29,193 nucleotides of DNA, from IMG/VR virus record IMGVR_UViG_3300020042_002655, positions 1 to 29,193 of that record; one strand, 5' to 3'. The notes under the pieces are model-generated. The model saw only the letters and a list, made by a program, of their open reading frames with translations. It was not told where the DNA came from and made no database searches. Positions 16,901 to 24,577 of the stretch are shown here, one piece after another. Each line of letters begins with the position of its first letter. Positions within the stretch are counted from its first letter, which is position 1. Source of the DNA: a virus (lineage: Duplodnaviria; Caudoviricetes). A program made the position numbers and the translations under genes.

Positions 16901-19568
16901 AGATGGGTTTGGATTCCGTGCGCAAACAGAGCCAGTAACTGTAGCGTCTTCGTTTGTTGCGTCCAAGCCATCCTTTAAAGACGAGTTTATGGGCAACGTC
17001 TTGGGCTTGACCGGGCGTGTGCAGTTCGTTGACCAGCACGCTGCGCTGTCTGCTGCGTTTAAACAAGGCGTTGCTGCTGACCAAATCTCGGCGCTCGAAG
17101 CGGAGCAGGCTGAATTTTATTTACGTTTTAGCCAACAGACCAGCCAGTTTGCGGGACAGGCGCTGCTCAACGGACCAGTCGAATTACGCAAAGCCGAAGG
17201 CGGTGGGTACATCTACGCAAGCAAGCCCGGCGCTAATATGGTGCAGGTAGCCGAAGCAGTCAGTAAAGCCAACGTAGGTAACGACACGCAGACCGAAGCA
17301 ATGTTCACCGCCTATCTGGCAGGTATGCGTGCGGACGTTGTGGGTTGGGAGAAATTAAGTTTTGACAACCCGAAGCTGGCGCAGAAAGAATACAACGACG
17401 TACTGAATATTCTTAAAACGGACAAGCAAGCAGCCGATGCCTTTAAAGAAGCTGCCGACATTTATCAGCAGTACAACAACGGCCAGCTTGATCTGTTAGT
17501 GCAAACCGGGTATTTGTCCGAGAAGCTAGCGGCTGATCTTAAGAAGACGCCGTATGTACCGTTCTATCGCACGAATCGTAGCGGCAACGTCGAGCTAGTG
17601 ATTGATAAAGAACATATTGTCACGCTCTCCAACATTAAAGACGAGCCACAGCTTAAAGCGTTGGTTGGGGACAACACGCAGATTCAGCCGGTCTTTACTA
17701 GCGCTGTGCAAAACACGTTCATGATAACTAACATGGCGTTGCGCAACCAGATGATGAAAGACTCGTCGTTTTTGCTGAAGAAGATGGGTATTGCTAGCGC
17801 AATCGGTAAATCTACACAAAGCCGCGTTACTAACCAAAAAGAAATTGATGACGCTGCGTTAAAAGGCGTAACCGTTGAACCAAAATATAAGGACGTAGAT
17901 GTAACGCCTGTTGGTCCAGACGTAGTGCGCTTTAAGGTCAAGGGCGAAGATCACTTTGTGTTGATTGACACCGACATGTATGGCATCCCTGCTGATCTTA
18001 TCGTCAAGGGCATGGAAGGCATTAAGACTACGCTACCTGCGGTGTTCAAGCTGATGGGGATACCCGCAGATGTGCTGCGTAAGTTTGTTACCCGTAACCC
18101 GGCGTATGCAGTTAAACAGGCGTTCCGTGATCCGTTGACCGCGTGGATGACTACAGGTACTGACGGTGTGCCGGTACTCAATGCGTTTAAAGAACTGAGT
18201 AAAATGGTGGCCGGGCGCAGTGAAGAGCAAGTCAAGTTGATGGCCTCGGGTGCGATCAGCAGCAACGTGTTTAGCGGTGACGAGCGCGACATGTCGAAGT
18301 TCTTAAAAGATCTGTCGGTAGGCAAGATGGGTTACCACAAAATAATGGCCAAGCTCGACGCCTTTGCTATACAGGGTGACGCAGCTACGCGTGCGGTTGT
18401 GTACAAAGACTCGCTCAATAAGGGAATGTCCGAGATGCAGGCGCTCTTGCGCACGCTTGAGTCAATGAACTTTAGCCGCCGGGGACTTTCCCCTAGCATG
18501 CAGGTACTATCAACAATCATTCCGTTCTTCAATGCACAGATTCAGGGTCTCGACGTTTTGTACCGTGCCTTCACTGGGCAGATGCCGCATAGCGAGCAGC
18601 TAAAGATCAGACAGAAAATGTTGGTGCGCGGCCTGATGTTAGCCGCCGGTACGATGGCCTACGCTGCGATGATGCAGGACGATGAAGCCTACAAACGCGC
18701 CAAGCCGGAAGAACGTCTGGCCAACTGGTTTGTGTACGTGCCGGGTATTGACGAGCCAGTACGCGTGCCTATCCCGTTCGAGTTGGGTTACTTGTTCAAG
18801 GCGTTGCCGGAAGCTATATTCAATATGGCAGCTGATGACGAGCGCTCATCTGACATCACTAAGGGCATGGGCAAACTGTTGGCGCTGTCCAATCCGTTCG
18901 CGTTGCCACAAGCGGTTAAGCCTCTGACGGAAGTTGTACTGGGCAAGTCGTTCTTTAGTGGGGATATTGAGTCGTCGCGGGAGCAGCAGACTATGCTGCC
19001 GACCGAACGCTACAGAGATTCGACCACCGAGTTTGCCAAGCTGCTCGGTAGTGCTACGGGGGACGCTGGCTTAACGCCAATTAAGATCGACTACCTAATG
19101 CGCGGTTACATGGGTGGGTTGGGTCTTGCGCTGGTGTCGTTGGCTAATCCTATCCTGAACATGGAAGGCAAAGCAGAAGTTGCTGACCCGACCAAGAAGA
19201 TTAGTAAGATGCCGTTCATTGGCGGTATGTTCCAGCCTATCGAGGGACGCGGTACGTTAGACGCAGCCTATGAGCGTATGCAAGAAATTCAGCAGATGAA
19301 GGGTTCGTTTAACAAGCTGATCGAAGAAGGCAAGAAGGACGAAGCCAAAGAATTTCTTAAAGAGAATGTTGAGAAAATATCTTCAGCGTCGATGTCTGGC
19401 AGTGTGCAAAAACAACTGGGTGAGTTGGCCAAGTATCGGCGTCAGGTCATTGCATCTCCACGCTTGAGCACCGAGCAGAAGGACAAGTTGCTGGAGAAGC
19501 TCGATGCTGTGCAGGTTAAGATAGCTCGGAACTTCATATCTGTAACCGATAGAACCACACGCCAATAA
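10971..19568 (+). CDS. Large polyvalent virion/ejection protein (HExxH metallopeptidase, WCT-motif domain, LPD38-like C-terminus)
   Basis: 2865 aa with hydrophobic Gly/Ala N-terminal region and long coiled coils. Motifs: LLHEATHA...SEFAAE, GTPWCTG..YIYY..AVR..EIRG, and NWFVYVPG..VRVPIPFELG..FK.LPE. Confidence 0.8.
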   Translation: MPIARFQMPDGRIARFEVPEGTTPEQAQVMMEQAMSGMQPAATPKAPETGFLANIKAGTQGLIGDFGALGAVAGVPGAEEFAAKQREKAAQTATIAELSDKPWEYVKGLAGRSIPYMVAPVVAGALAPEALVAGVGATAAAGLTGGAASATQFAGSNITRQLETGKSVADVNIANALSAAPFQAALDVVGMRFIPGLRGIFGQAGIDLSEEAAKQVVKKGITNNVIGKVREYGPVVLKAAGVEGFTEAGQAVLERAQAGLEIADPEARKEYFDNFIGGAVLGGAVAVPGRAIEKMGAQEDILQRQKDAQAATFAELAKTPEPTPVPAEIAPVVEAEPLPTALAPLAPKTAPTAPVELAPTAEPVYTPPAGDLPSLMDQHRTMSLQLVPFETQLQTAAAKGDTTAITALLPQYNELKTQVQQLGTHIEKLGGTTVDAATFETTAASTLADYDKKIAAAQKKLAEAGELGDFEAMPKLGTKLDTLKAEQAKLTTDFEAKRGVLAEQQKGLTQRGETRPLFTEAEAPEPTREQQQKYAESRGEVFAEKPEQAATTEVITAPEKETAPADMYDLFGDFNLLNTAINDRNPQVLANMHRARQRADQKALEARQPKRTPREQVAELLGPQIGKIIRRERNYDVREIETGDRKGQEVFVSDDIAAAIMALRNTVEKPVGNAKRSLLQQLHDEFDSLEKRDDALQAAVDAGASEVKLATLRNQVATAQTRYEKKLARIAPYRAKLNAQLAKLYKETEIQTPRQKEAELQALGTSARVLSREAKRAKKSTKAELGLKAQAELDAVLDDVVREVGYKTEEYQKLVGPTQKKLNDKVEQLKKFVDTSVAKLEALKAEKGEDSKKYNTAVTNFIKQKKDRTQVVDAFAKSVAADLEAKARAIGAASPALAEAQEKAKKEFAKREKPVTAAQEPVYQRGTQATRNINKLSEIRTESEESRADTSRKQETFEARTPEPAQFAEAYGRTSTRPDFILEAKQREAAPKKSKRTTNVQVALRQAATEKIAANKKMERDFKEGFGRDVEDKRFARGVEIESPDLTTEQIKMLEANDLRGAMRSIMNAPDTTPIYKAVIEAMLPILDATNVKLYDKLYDPEGNKVLGEAVSKMVKLSRDGGLSQEVLLHEATHAAVERVIQMGEADINLLTKEQQAAFKELKAIHAQVKRDANITSTNAKSSLSEFAAELFSNRNLHEQLRKKPWRISNMLDAIRSVVLRLLGVKQPQSMLGTGLKAVEALMMPTSMRPVIAEKPVSRKYSAKDIAALHTGSNSMRQFAEQFGPEIKQKDRTPEDVDRIALEHLYRMEMEPQDFVEFVEYKKLDYKAQATMSDGTLYDADNLKHFAETDTGIVAASEALNDPDLQKEEARWLTNGRRKALSALAGYLSTSPDYTLAEMALVAKAASKYGVISDKTGRLKMVNLSDNNRHPVAIVGRESANAVIVELRKGSSLKDAFLTGLQELADTNAKENRGKNGWQKFEQSSNYDAAVALNAGAAGTPWCTGSEVSQAAEQISKGDFYIYYKEGRPEVAVRMNGTDNIGEIRGNSTDQGLSKEQQTIAKQFLQTNKFKRADKFIEETERKETLMRLVSNPEDMRVEEFESLDIDLGAQDTKIHEYSLDKMLSFGTLFGYMPHNPSDKVKKELEQLLIKQITKKYADGYWLYSVIDDAPGDTADTIKEVEVLGKRYTLPLNKIKALDKIGISSETPDFAYDSLEYVKDFYVHTKNNTVFPRIKNIGTLYVFGRTNGNAVLNLPDGALINNVASALGTITKIVINGKIKINNVRTLDTSGGMIDVYAPEAEYVMVKTQTLEDAAKIIALTYGTLIRKKLVANGVSAEVMYHPAKYVFPGLVLPSNVRARKIIIEFYDRLQNVFGKKDIGEAMSKTKQDETAAVLNDVINMLVKKQGTLTNVYALADKQKAAFDDFAGEFINNPFPKGEGRVYAPNIINPSDAAFTQITESPRYARTDDSVGVHKTKDGFGFRAQTEPVTVASSFVASKPSFKDEFMGNVLGLTGRVQFVDQHAALSAAFKQGVAADQISALEAEQAEFYLRFSQQTSQFAGQALLNGPVELRKAEGGGYIYASKPGANMVQVAEAVSKANVGNDTQTEAMFTAYLAGMRADVVGWEKLSFDNPKLAQKEYNDVLNILKTDKQAADAFKEAADIYQQYNNGQLDLLVQTGYLSEKLAADLKKTPYVPFYRTNRSGNVELVIDKEHIVTLSNIKDEPQLKALVGDNTQIQPVFTSAVQNTFMITNMALRNQMMKDSSFLLKKMGIASAIGKSTQSRVTNQKEIDDAALKGVTVEPKYKDVDVTPVGPDVVRFKVKGEDHFVLIDTDMYGIPADLIVKGMEGIKTTLPAVFKLMGIPADVLRKFVTRNPAYAVKQAFRDPLTAWMTTGTDGVPVLNAFKELSKMVAGRSEEQVKLMASGAISSNVFSGDERDMSKFLKDLSVGKMGYHKIMAKLDAFAIQGDAATRAVVYKDSLNKGMSEMQALLRTLESMNFSRRGLSPSMQVLSTIIPFFNAQIQGLDVLYRAFTGQMPHSEQLKIRQKMLVRGLMLAAGTMAYAAMMQDDEAYKRAKPEERLANWFVYVPGIDEPVRVPIPFELGYLFKALPEAIFNMAADDERSSDITKGMGKLLALSNPFALPQAVKPLTEVVLGKSFFSGDIESSREQQTMLPTERYRDSTTEFAKLLGSATGDAGLTPIKIDYLMRGYMGGLGLALVSLANPILNMEGKAEVADPTKKISKMPFIGGMFQPIEGRGTLDAAYERMQEIQQMKGSFNKLIEEGKKDEAKEFLKENVEKISSASMSGSVQKQLGELAKYRRQVIASPRLSTEQKDKLLEKLDAVQVKIARNFISVTDRTTRQ

Positions 19569-19731
19569 GCCCCTTGCTAACGCCCGCTACTGCGCGGGCG
19601 TTAGGCACATTAAGACGCATAGCTTTAAGTAATCCTTCCTGCCGAATGGCTTGGGTGTCAAGGCAGGGGACGAAGAACCCCTGCCCTTTCTTCAACCTAT
19701 TCCAAGGATAATGTACTTGCAAGCTCATCAT
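19534..19731 (-). CDS. Small phage protein (YPW..LxxGxxFFVP type, possibly DNA-binding)
   Basis: YPWNRLKKGQGFFVPC...GVWFYR. Last gene of the - strand operon, overlapping the primase 3' end. Confidence 0.6.
   Translation of the reverse strand: MMSLQVHYPWNRLKKGQGFFVPCLDTQAIRQEGLLKAMRLNVPNARAVAGVSKGLIGVWFYRLQI
19577..19604. terminator. Perfect 11-bp hairpin at the convergence of the two operons (possible terminator or pause site)
   Basis: CTAACGCCCGC-TACTGC-GCGGGCGTTAG, starting 9 nt after the stop at 19568. No clear U-tract on either side. Confidence 0.4.
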
Positions 19732-22600
19732 CTTCTACCTTGCGCATTATCTTAATCACAGGCACACGCATCTGTGGTCCTTTCGTCTTGGCCATCATGT
19801 CCTTCTTAGGTAGGTACGTGACCATGAACAGCGCTTCTAGTTGCCGTTTAAAGTCAGAGTAACCGAAGCTCATGGATGAACAGAACGATTTAAGCAGCCG
19901 CTCCTCAATGTAGTAGTCAATATGGTCCGGCACTACGCCATGCTCCACCCGCCCCATAACATGCGAACGTGTAGTCGATGCGTCGATAGCCCCACCGTTA
20001 CCCATCTCGGCTAATATGCCGCCTGATGAACCGAACTTAACAACGATGAAGTTGCCGTAGAACTCGCGTGTAAATGAGTTCAGTATGTCCTCCGCGCTAC
20101 GGGCGCTGGCCTTGATGTTGCTCCGCATGTAACCGACGGTCTTTTTAAAGTACGCCAAGATAGCTTCTAGCGGGAAGTCTGCCACGTTAGCATGCGTCGA
20201 GTTCATAACGATGCCTACCGCCATACATGCGCCAATACCGGCCATCCAGAAACGCTCATCGTTCGTAGCAGCGAAATCCTTGTACATGTTTCGGACAACT
20301 TCTGGCACCATCGTTTTTAGGAACGACACATTCTTGGCCATGTAGTCAGCCAATAGGTGACCTGCAACTGCATAGTTGTGCGCTAGGGACTTGATGATCT
20401 CGATCTCGTGCGGCTCCCACGACAAGTCTTGGTCCATGATGAACTCTAAGAGACGGCGCAATTCACCTTCCGATGCGTGCTTACGGCCGCCGGTCAGGTA
20501 GTCCACAACGTGCGTGTTCGACGACATAATCGCTACCGTCATCCACGTAGACAGGTTCATCCGTTCCTTGTTGGAGCCGGACTCCATACGCTCTTTACCA
20601 CGGCCTTCTGTCATGTCGAGCAAGAACGCAGGGAACCATTCGAAATCTGCCCGGTTCTTGCTGGTGATCTCGTCAGTAATCAGCGGGAAGCTATTGAGCA
20701 AACCGAGGCGCTGCTGCATGGCCACAGGAGATGTGCCCTTACCTGTACGGTAATGCACCGGATGACCCCAGACAGAAGCCGCACCTTCGAGCGCCAGAGA
20801 TTTACCTGTGCCTGATTCGGTTGAGCCGCAGTGGTACGTCATGCCGTAGATACCAGTGAAGCGCATGAGCGGTGCGGAAGCGCCAGCCAGAATGATGGCT
20901 AGATGCCCGTACAACTTCTTACGTATCAGCAGGTTGATGAACTCACGCCACGCCTCGATACTGCCGGTAGGCTGCGTGTTGGCTACGATATTCTCAAGCC
21001 CCGGCATCGGCACTTCCACCGGCAGACCTGTCGAATATATCTTGCCAGCAAACACGAACGTATCGTTATCCTGCCAGCCATAGTTAGATGGTACGCGCAA
21101 CGGCGTTTTTTCTGTGCTCATTTTTTCCACGCAAGCCCTAATGTAATCAAACAGGTTCTTGTCATTGCCAGAACCAAAAGCAGCAATAATATTTTGTTGT
21201 GCTAAGTGCTTAACTGTTTCGTCCTTACTGACTACCGCCTTCTGTGGCAACGTCACAGTCTGAGCGCCGTCCTTACGCAACGCCAGCATGTGTATCGTGT
21301 GTTCGCCAGCATTGTTTAAAATGTCCACAGGGAACAGGTCGTAAGGCAGCAACTGAATCTGACGTGTAATCTTCTTGCCCTCTGCGTCCTCATCTTCGCG
21401 CTCCATGAATACGCCGCCGTGTGTACCGTACGCATAACCGCGTGGTGACTCAGGACGTAACACCTTACGCACTTCCTCGGATGTAGGCGACGCAACGACC
21501 TCAACAACTTTCTCTGACGTATCGACCGTCGTTACACGCCCGAGTGCTAAAGGGTTAGTAATCTTGCCCCAGTGCTTGCACGATGTGCACACGCCGGGAT
21601 TCTCGCTGTCGAACTTAACGCATGGGTACGGACCCTTGATCTCAGCTAACTTAGTACGCATCCGATCTTCTGTGTACGGGTGCAACTCTGTAAGCCAGAC
21701 AACAGCGCGTTCACCATCGGAACACTTCTGCGCCAAGCTCATCATCCCGCGCCACAATGGCTCCATCCCGTCTTCGGTTGCGTTCTCTACGTAGTGCTGT
21801 AGTTGTGCGCAGCCACGACCTTCTTGCGTCTCTTTGTAAATCTTACCGAACTCGGTCGCAGTATTCGCAAACAACTTAACTGCCGTAGTAACCGCAGCAG
21901 TTGGTCGAGTGCCGGGTAACGTGAGGCTTGTGCTCGGCGTAGCTTTAACGGCTAACGGCGTACTGGTCAGCATGCTGGCAATATGCTTGGCCATCGTCTC
22001 GAAATCAAACGTATCGCCTTCAGCAAGAATCTTTACCGGCCGTGGTTTGTCGTACTTCTTTTTAAAGTTGGTCGTGCTAGGAATACGTAGTACCCGCGCT
22101 GCATCGGCTGTCACCGTGTAGTCAATCACCAACCGTTGTTGAGCGCACAAACGCTTTAGGTTCTCGGCTGCTGGTTTCCAATCAGCAATCTCCACGTCCT
22201 GCTCAAACGGCCAGTAGCAATGCAGCCCACCACCGGACGAGATGACGTAGGGCGAACCCAACAAGTCCAGACCTGTCTCGGCTAAGAAGCCAGCCAATGC
22301 AGTAGCCGCAGCCTTACGCGTAGTGTAGCCGTCCATGTCAATAAAGAACGACCGAATGTAGCGAGCGTTAGCTGCGATGCGCCGATCCTTGTTGCCCTTC
22401 ATCGAAGCTACCTTCTCATCGAAGGATGCCAGCCCGAAGTAAACGTCGCACTCGTTGCTAACCCAATCGTCTACAGTCGGATAAAACTCGGCCATATCTT
22501 CTACAAAGACGTGATCTTTCTTCTTAGTTAATTCTGCCGCGCAGTAATATCCGTGACCCGGAGACGGCAAAACAACCGCTAGAAATTCAAGCGGAGTCAT
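19697..22600 (-). CDS. Primase-helicase (AEP/RepB-like primase, Cys cluster, DUF927 P-loop helicase)
   Basis: FFIDMDG, SSGGGLHCYW, DAARVLRIP, Cys cluster YPC..VCTSCKH, Walker A ESGTGKS and Walker B LITDE. GAGGA SD upstream. Confidence 0.85.
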   Translation of the reverse strand: MTPLEFLAVVLPSPGHGYYCAAELTKKKDHVFVEDMAEFYPTVDDWVSNECDVYFGLASFDEKVASMKGNKDRRIAANARYIRSFFIDMDGYTTRKAAATALAGFLAETGLDLLGSPYVISSGGGLHCYWPFEQDVEIADWKPAAENLKRLCAQQRLVIDYTVTADAARVLRIPSTTNFKKKYDKPRPVKILAEGDTFDFETMAKHIASMLTSTPLAVKATPSTSLTLPGTRPTAAVTTAVKLFANTATEFGKIYKETQEGRGCAQLQHYVENATEDGMEPLWRGMMSLAQKCSDGERAVVWLTELHPYTEDRMRTKLAEIKGPYPCVKFDSENPGVCTSCKHWGKITNPLALGRVTTVDTSEKVVEVVASPTSEEVRKVLRPESPRGYAYGTHGGVFMEREDEDAEGKKITRQIQLLPYDLFPVDILNNAGEHTIHMLALRKDGAQTVTLPQKAVVSKDETVKHLAQQNIIAAFGSGNDKNLFDYIRACVEKMSTEKTPLRVPSNYGWQDNDTFVFAGKIYSTGLPVEVPMPGLENIVANTQPTGSIEAWREFINLLIRKKLYGHLAIILAGASAPLMRFTGIYGMTYHCGSTESGTGKSLALEGAASVWGHPVHYRTGKGTSPVAMQQRLGLLNSFPLITDEITSKNRADFEWFPAFLLDMTEGRGKERMESGSNKERMNLSTWMTVAIMSSNTHVVDYLTGGRKHASEGELRRLLEFIMDQDLSWEPHEIEIIKSLAHNYAVAGHLLADYMAKNVSFLKTMVPEVVRNMYKDFAATNDERFWMAGIGACMAVGIVMNSTHANVADFPLEAILAYFKKTVGYMRSNIKASARSAEDILNSFTREFYGNFIVVKFGSSGGILAEMGNGGAIDASTTRSHVMGRVEHGVVPDHIDYYIEERLLKSFCSSMSFGYSDFKRQLEALFMVTYLPKKDMMAKTKGPQMRVPVIKIMRKVEDDELASTLSLE

Positions 22601-22618
22601 AAAATCCTCGGGGTTGGG

Positions 22619-22810
22619 TTACTCGAACAGACGGAGTTGTTCTGGCTGTACGTAGGCCTCTTTAAACTGAGCTTCTTCAATCCAACGAGCGCAGCGTCTT
22701 AACAACTCCTTTTGAAATACTATCGGCATCCCCCATTCATCGCTCCACAGTATGTATCCTGCTTGCAGCAGTTCTTTATCCGTCAGGGCTTCAGGTTGTA
22801 TTCCAGACAT
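22619..22810 (-). CDS. Small protein ending in QLRLFE
   Basis: Fills the gap between the HTH and primase genes. Start chosen at MSGIQ (22810) because a GGAG lies just upstream; the ORF track starts at 22822. Confidence 0.55.
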   Translation of the reverse strand: MSGIQPEALTDKELLQAGYILWSDEWGMPIVFQKELLRRCARWIEEAQFKEAYVQPEQLRLFE

Positions 22811-23061
22811 ATTTTTCTCCATGCTTCATCAGCCGTCTTAGCGTGCTGTAGTATTTTTAAAAGAAGTTCCACGCGATCTTGATACGCTACGAAAACGTCC
22901 TTGCCTGCAAACCAGTTGTAAACAGTCTGTCGGGTAACGCCTAACGCATACGCAATCTTGGTCACAGGAAAATCGAGATGTACTGCCCACCGCCCTAGCC
23001 GATTGCCCGGCGTCTTAGGGGAGTTGGCAACAAGATCAATGATTCTTTGTGAGTAGGCCAT
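22783..23061 (-). CDS. Helix-turn-helix (Cro/XRE-like) DNA-binding protein
   Basis: VTKIAYALGVTRQTVYNWFAG matches the HTH pattern. Confidence 0.8.
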   Translation of the reverse strand: MAYSQRIIDLVANSPKTPGNRLGRWAVHLDFPVTKIAYALGVTRQTVYNWFAGKDVFVAYQDRVELLLKILQHAKTADEAWRKICLEYNLKP

Positions 23062-23078
23062 TATGTTTTATGTTAGGT

Positions 23079-23116
23079 GGGGTACTCGCTACACCTTTCG
23101 GCATCCGCTTTCCCCC
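23079..23116 (-). ncRNA. Candidate structured RNA hairpin (GNRA loop plus loop-E/bulged-G module)
   Basis: Minus strand reads GGGG-GAAA-GC-GG-AUGCC-GAAA-GGUGU-A-GC-GAGUA-CCCC. Intergenic between the SSB-like and HTH genes. Confidence 0.55.
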
Positions 23117-23123
23117 GTGAAAG

Positions 23124-24083
23124 TTACTCGTCGTCCCAATCGGCTACGATGTCGGCAAGGGTGCCCTTCTTGGCAGGTACAGCAGACGCTTTAGCGGCTG
23201 ACTTGCGAACTTCGGGCTCCTCGTCGTCAGCAGTTTCTTCTACTGGCGCGGCCTTGGCTTTCGGTGCAGCCTTTGCCTTCGGCGCTGGTGCATCTTCTTC
23301 GTCAGCCACCACAGGGGCTTTACCCGGTAACGCTAATGCTGGCTTGTTCTTAACACCATCCATCTGTGCCACAGTCATCACGACTGCGCGACCTGCATCA
23401 GCAGAGTCAGCTTGGCTCTTAACAATCTCGTACTCGTTGTCCGTCAACCAACGCATAGGCTGGAAGTGTAGCTTCGGTGACTCGGCCTTAGTATCAAAGC
23501 GCATGCGCGTGACGATCTGCTCTGGGTTGATCGGGGGGTTCTGCAATGCCAGATAACGAGCGTAGGCTTGCAGTGGGCGCTTGTCGCCTTCTTCCTTACC
23601 GAACACAGACGTAGCTGGCAGGGTCAACTGCAACACGTCGCCAGTAGGATTGTTCTCAAGCACCACAGCCAGACGTTGTTGGTAACGGCATGCGCGGCTA
23701 TTGCCTTGGCCTGAACCCGCGATGTTCTGTGGGCACGACATACAGGTGTCAGCTTGCTTGCCAGTGCCAGTAGCGTCTGGGCGCTCGCCATCATTCGACC
23801 AGCAGTCAGGACCCGAGATAGCGTCGGCATCGTAGGACTTAGCGTAGAACACACGGCTGACTTTAGGTGCAGCCTTAACAATAATCACATCAAGGTGGCG
23901 CTCATCAACGGTTGCCAGTTCTTTACCGCCAGCGATCAGACGAAACACACCGCCCTTGATCGAGATGCGTTTGACGCTGTTGCCTACACCACCACCGGTC
24001 AAGGCGCGTGCTGTATCGGATAGTTCGTTGTTACGCGCAAAGGCAGGTACCGACGCGGGATTGAAAGCCATAATATTGGACAT
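23124..24083 (-). CDS. Putative ssDNA-binding / recombination protein
   Basis: RISIKGGVF, Cys motif CWS..CMSCPQN..GS..ACR, Ala/Pro/Lys/Glu-rich linker and acidic-aromatic tail ADWDDE. Located in the replication operon. Confidence 0.6.
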   Translation of the reverse strand: MSNIMAFNPASVPAFARNNELSDTARALTGGGVGNSVKRISIKGGVFRLIAGGKELATVDERHLDVIIVKAAPKVSRVFYAKSYDADAISGPDCWSNDGERPDATGTGKQADTCMSCPQNIAGSGQGNSRACRYQQRLAVVLENNPTGDVLQLTLPATSVFGKEEGDKRPLQAYARYLALQNPPINPEQIVTRMRFDTKAESPKLHFQPMRWLTDNEYEIVKSQADSADAGRAVVMTVAQMDGVKNKPALALPGKAPVVADEEDAPAPKAKAAPKAKAAPVEETADDEEPEVRKSAAKASAVPAKKGTLADIVADWDDE

Positions 24084-24093
24084 AGTATTTATC

Positions 24094-24504
24094 TCACTTA
24101 GTGGTGGTTGGTTTTGTTACGCGGATGTCGAACTCAGTAAACGAATTCAGTCCGGGGGGCACAAGGCCGGGGTTTTCCTGCAAGAAGTTGTGCATGTTGG
24201 TCTGGGCGATGCGCTTCTCTAAGAGATCGACGACATCGTTGGCCACAATAAACTTCTTAAAAGAATCCCAGTCTTGCGTGTTGTACCGCGTCTTTGTTGC
24301 AAGCGACACGGTTCCAAAATCTGTACGTACGGACGAAACGCCTAACGCCTTCATCTGGTCTTTCATTGCGAACTTAACTTGCTCTTGTGCAGCCTTCAGT
24401 TCTTCTAGCTGGGTGTCGTACTCTTGCGTGAGCAGATCGACCTTCGCTTTGATCTTACGGTACACCTTGGCAAGCTGATCTAACGGTACTAATTCATCAG
24501 ACAT
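24094..24504 (-). CDS. Coiled-coil phage replication-module protein (Gp157/Gam-like architecture)
   Basis: N-terminal coiled coil, then SVRTDFGTV, DWDSF..FI, LLEKRI and PPGL. Strong SD AGGAGAAG. Confidence 0.6.
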   Translation of the reverse strand: MSDELVPLDQLAKVYRKIKAKVDLLTQEYDTQLEELKAAQEQVKFAMKDQMKALGVSSVRTDFGTVSLATKTRYNTQDWDSFKKFIVANDVVDLLEKRIAQTNMHNFLQENPGLVPPGLNSFTEFDIRVTKPTTTK

Positions 24505-24527
24505 TTGCTTCTCCTAATTATTTTGTG

Positions 24528-24570
24528 TGTCAAGGATTAGACATACTACATAGATTTTTTACGATTGCAA
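24528..24570 (-). promoter_or_regulatory. Putative sigma70 promoter with adjoining palindromic operator
   Basis: Minus strand TTGCAA (24565-24570), 16-nt spacer, TAGTAT (24543-24548), then the dyad TGTCTAATCCTTGACA (24528-24543), in an AT-rich intergenic gap. Confidence 0.5.
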
Positions 24571-24577
24571 ACCCCTT

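Noticed and set aside
10254-19565. Many 60-156 aa minus-strand ORFs opposite the SLT and polyvalent genes
   Set aside because: Antisense shadows of long coding frames, with Ser/Ala-rich composition and no recognisable motifs.
23079-23116. Hairpin as a tRNA or a plain rho-independent terminator
   Set aside because: Too short for a cloverleaf, has an interrupted stem, and lacks a following U-tract on the transcribed strand. Kept as a structured RNA candidate instead.
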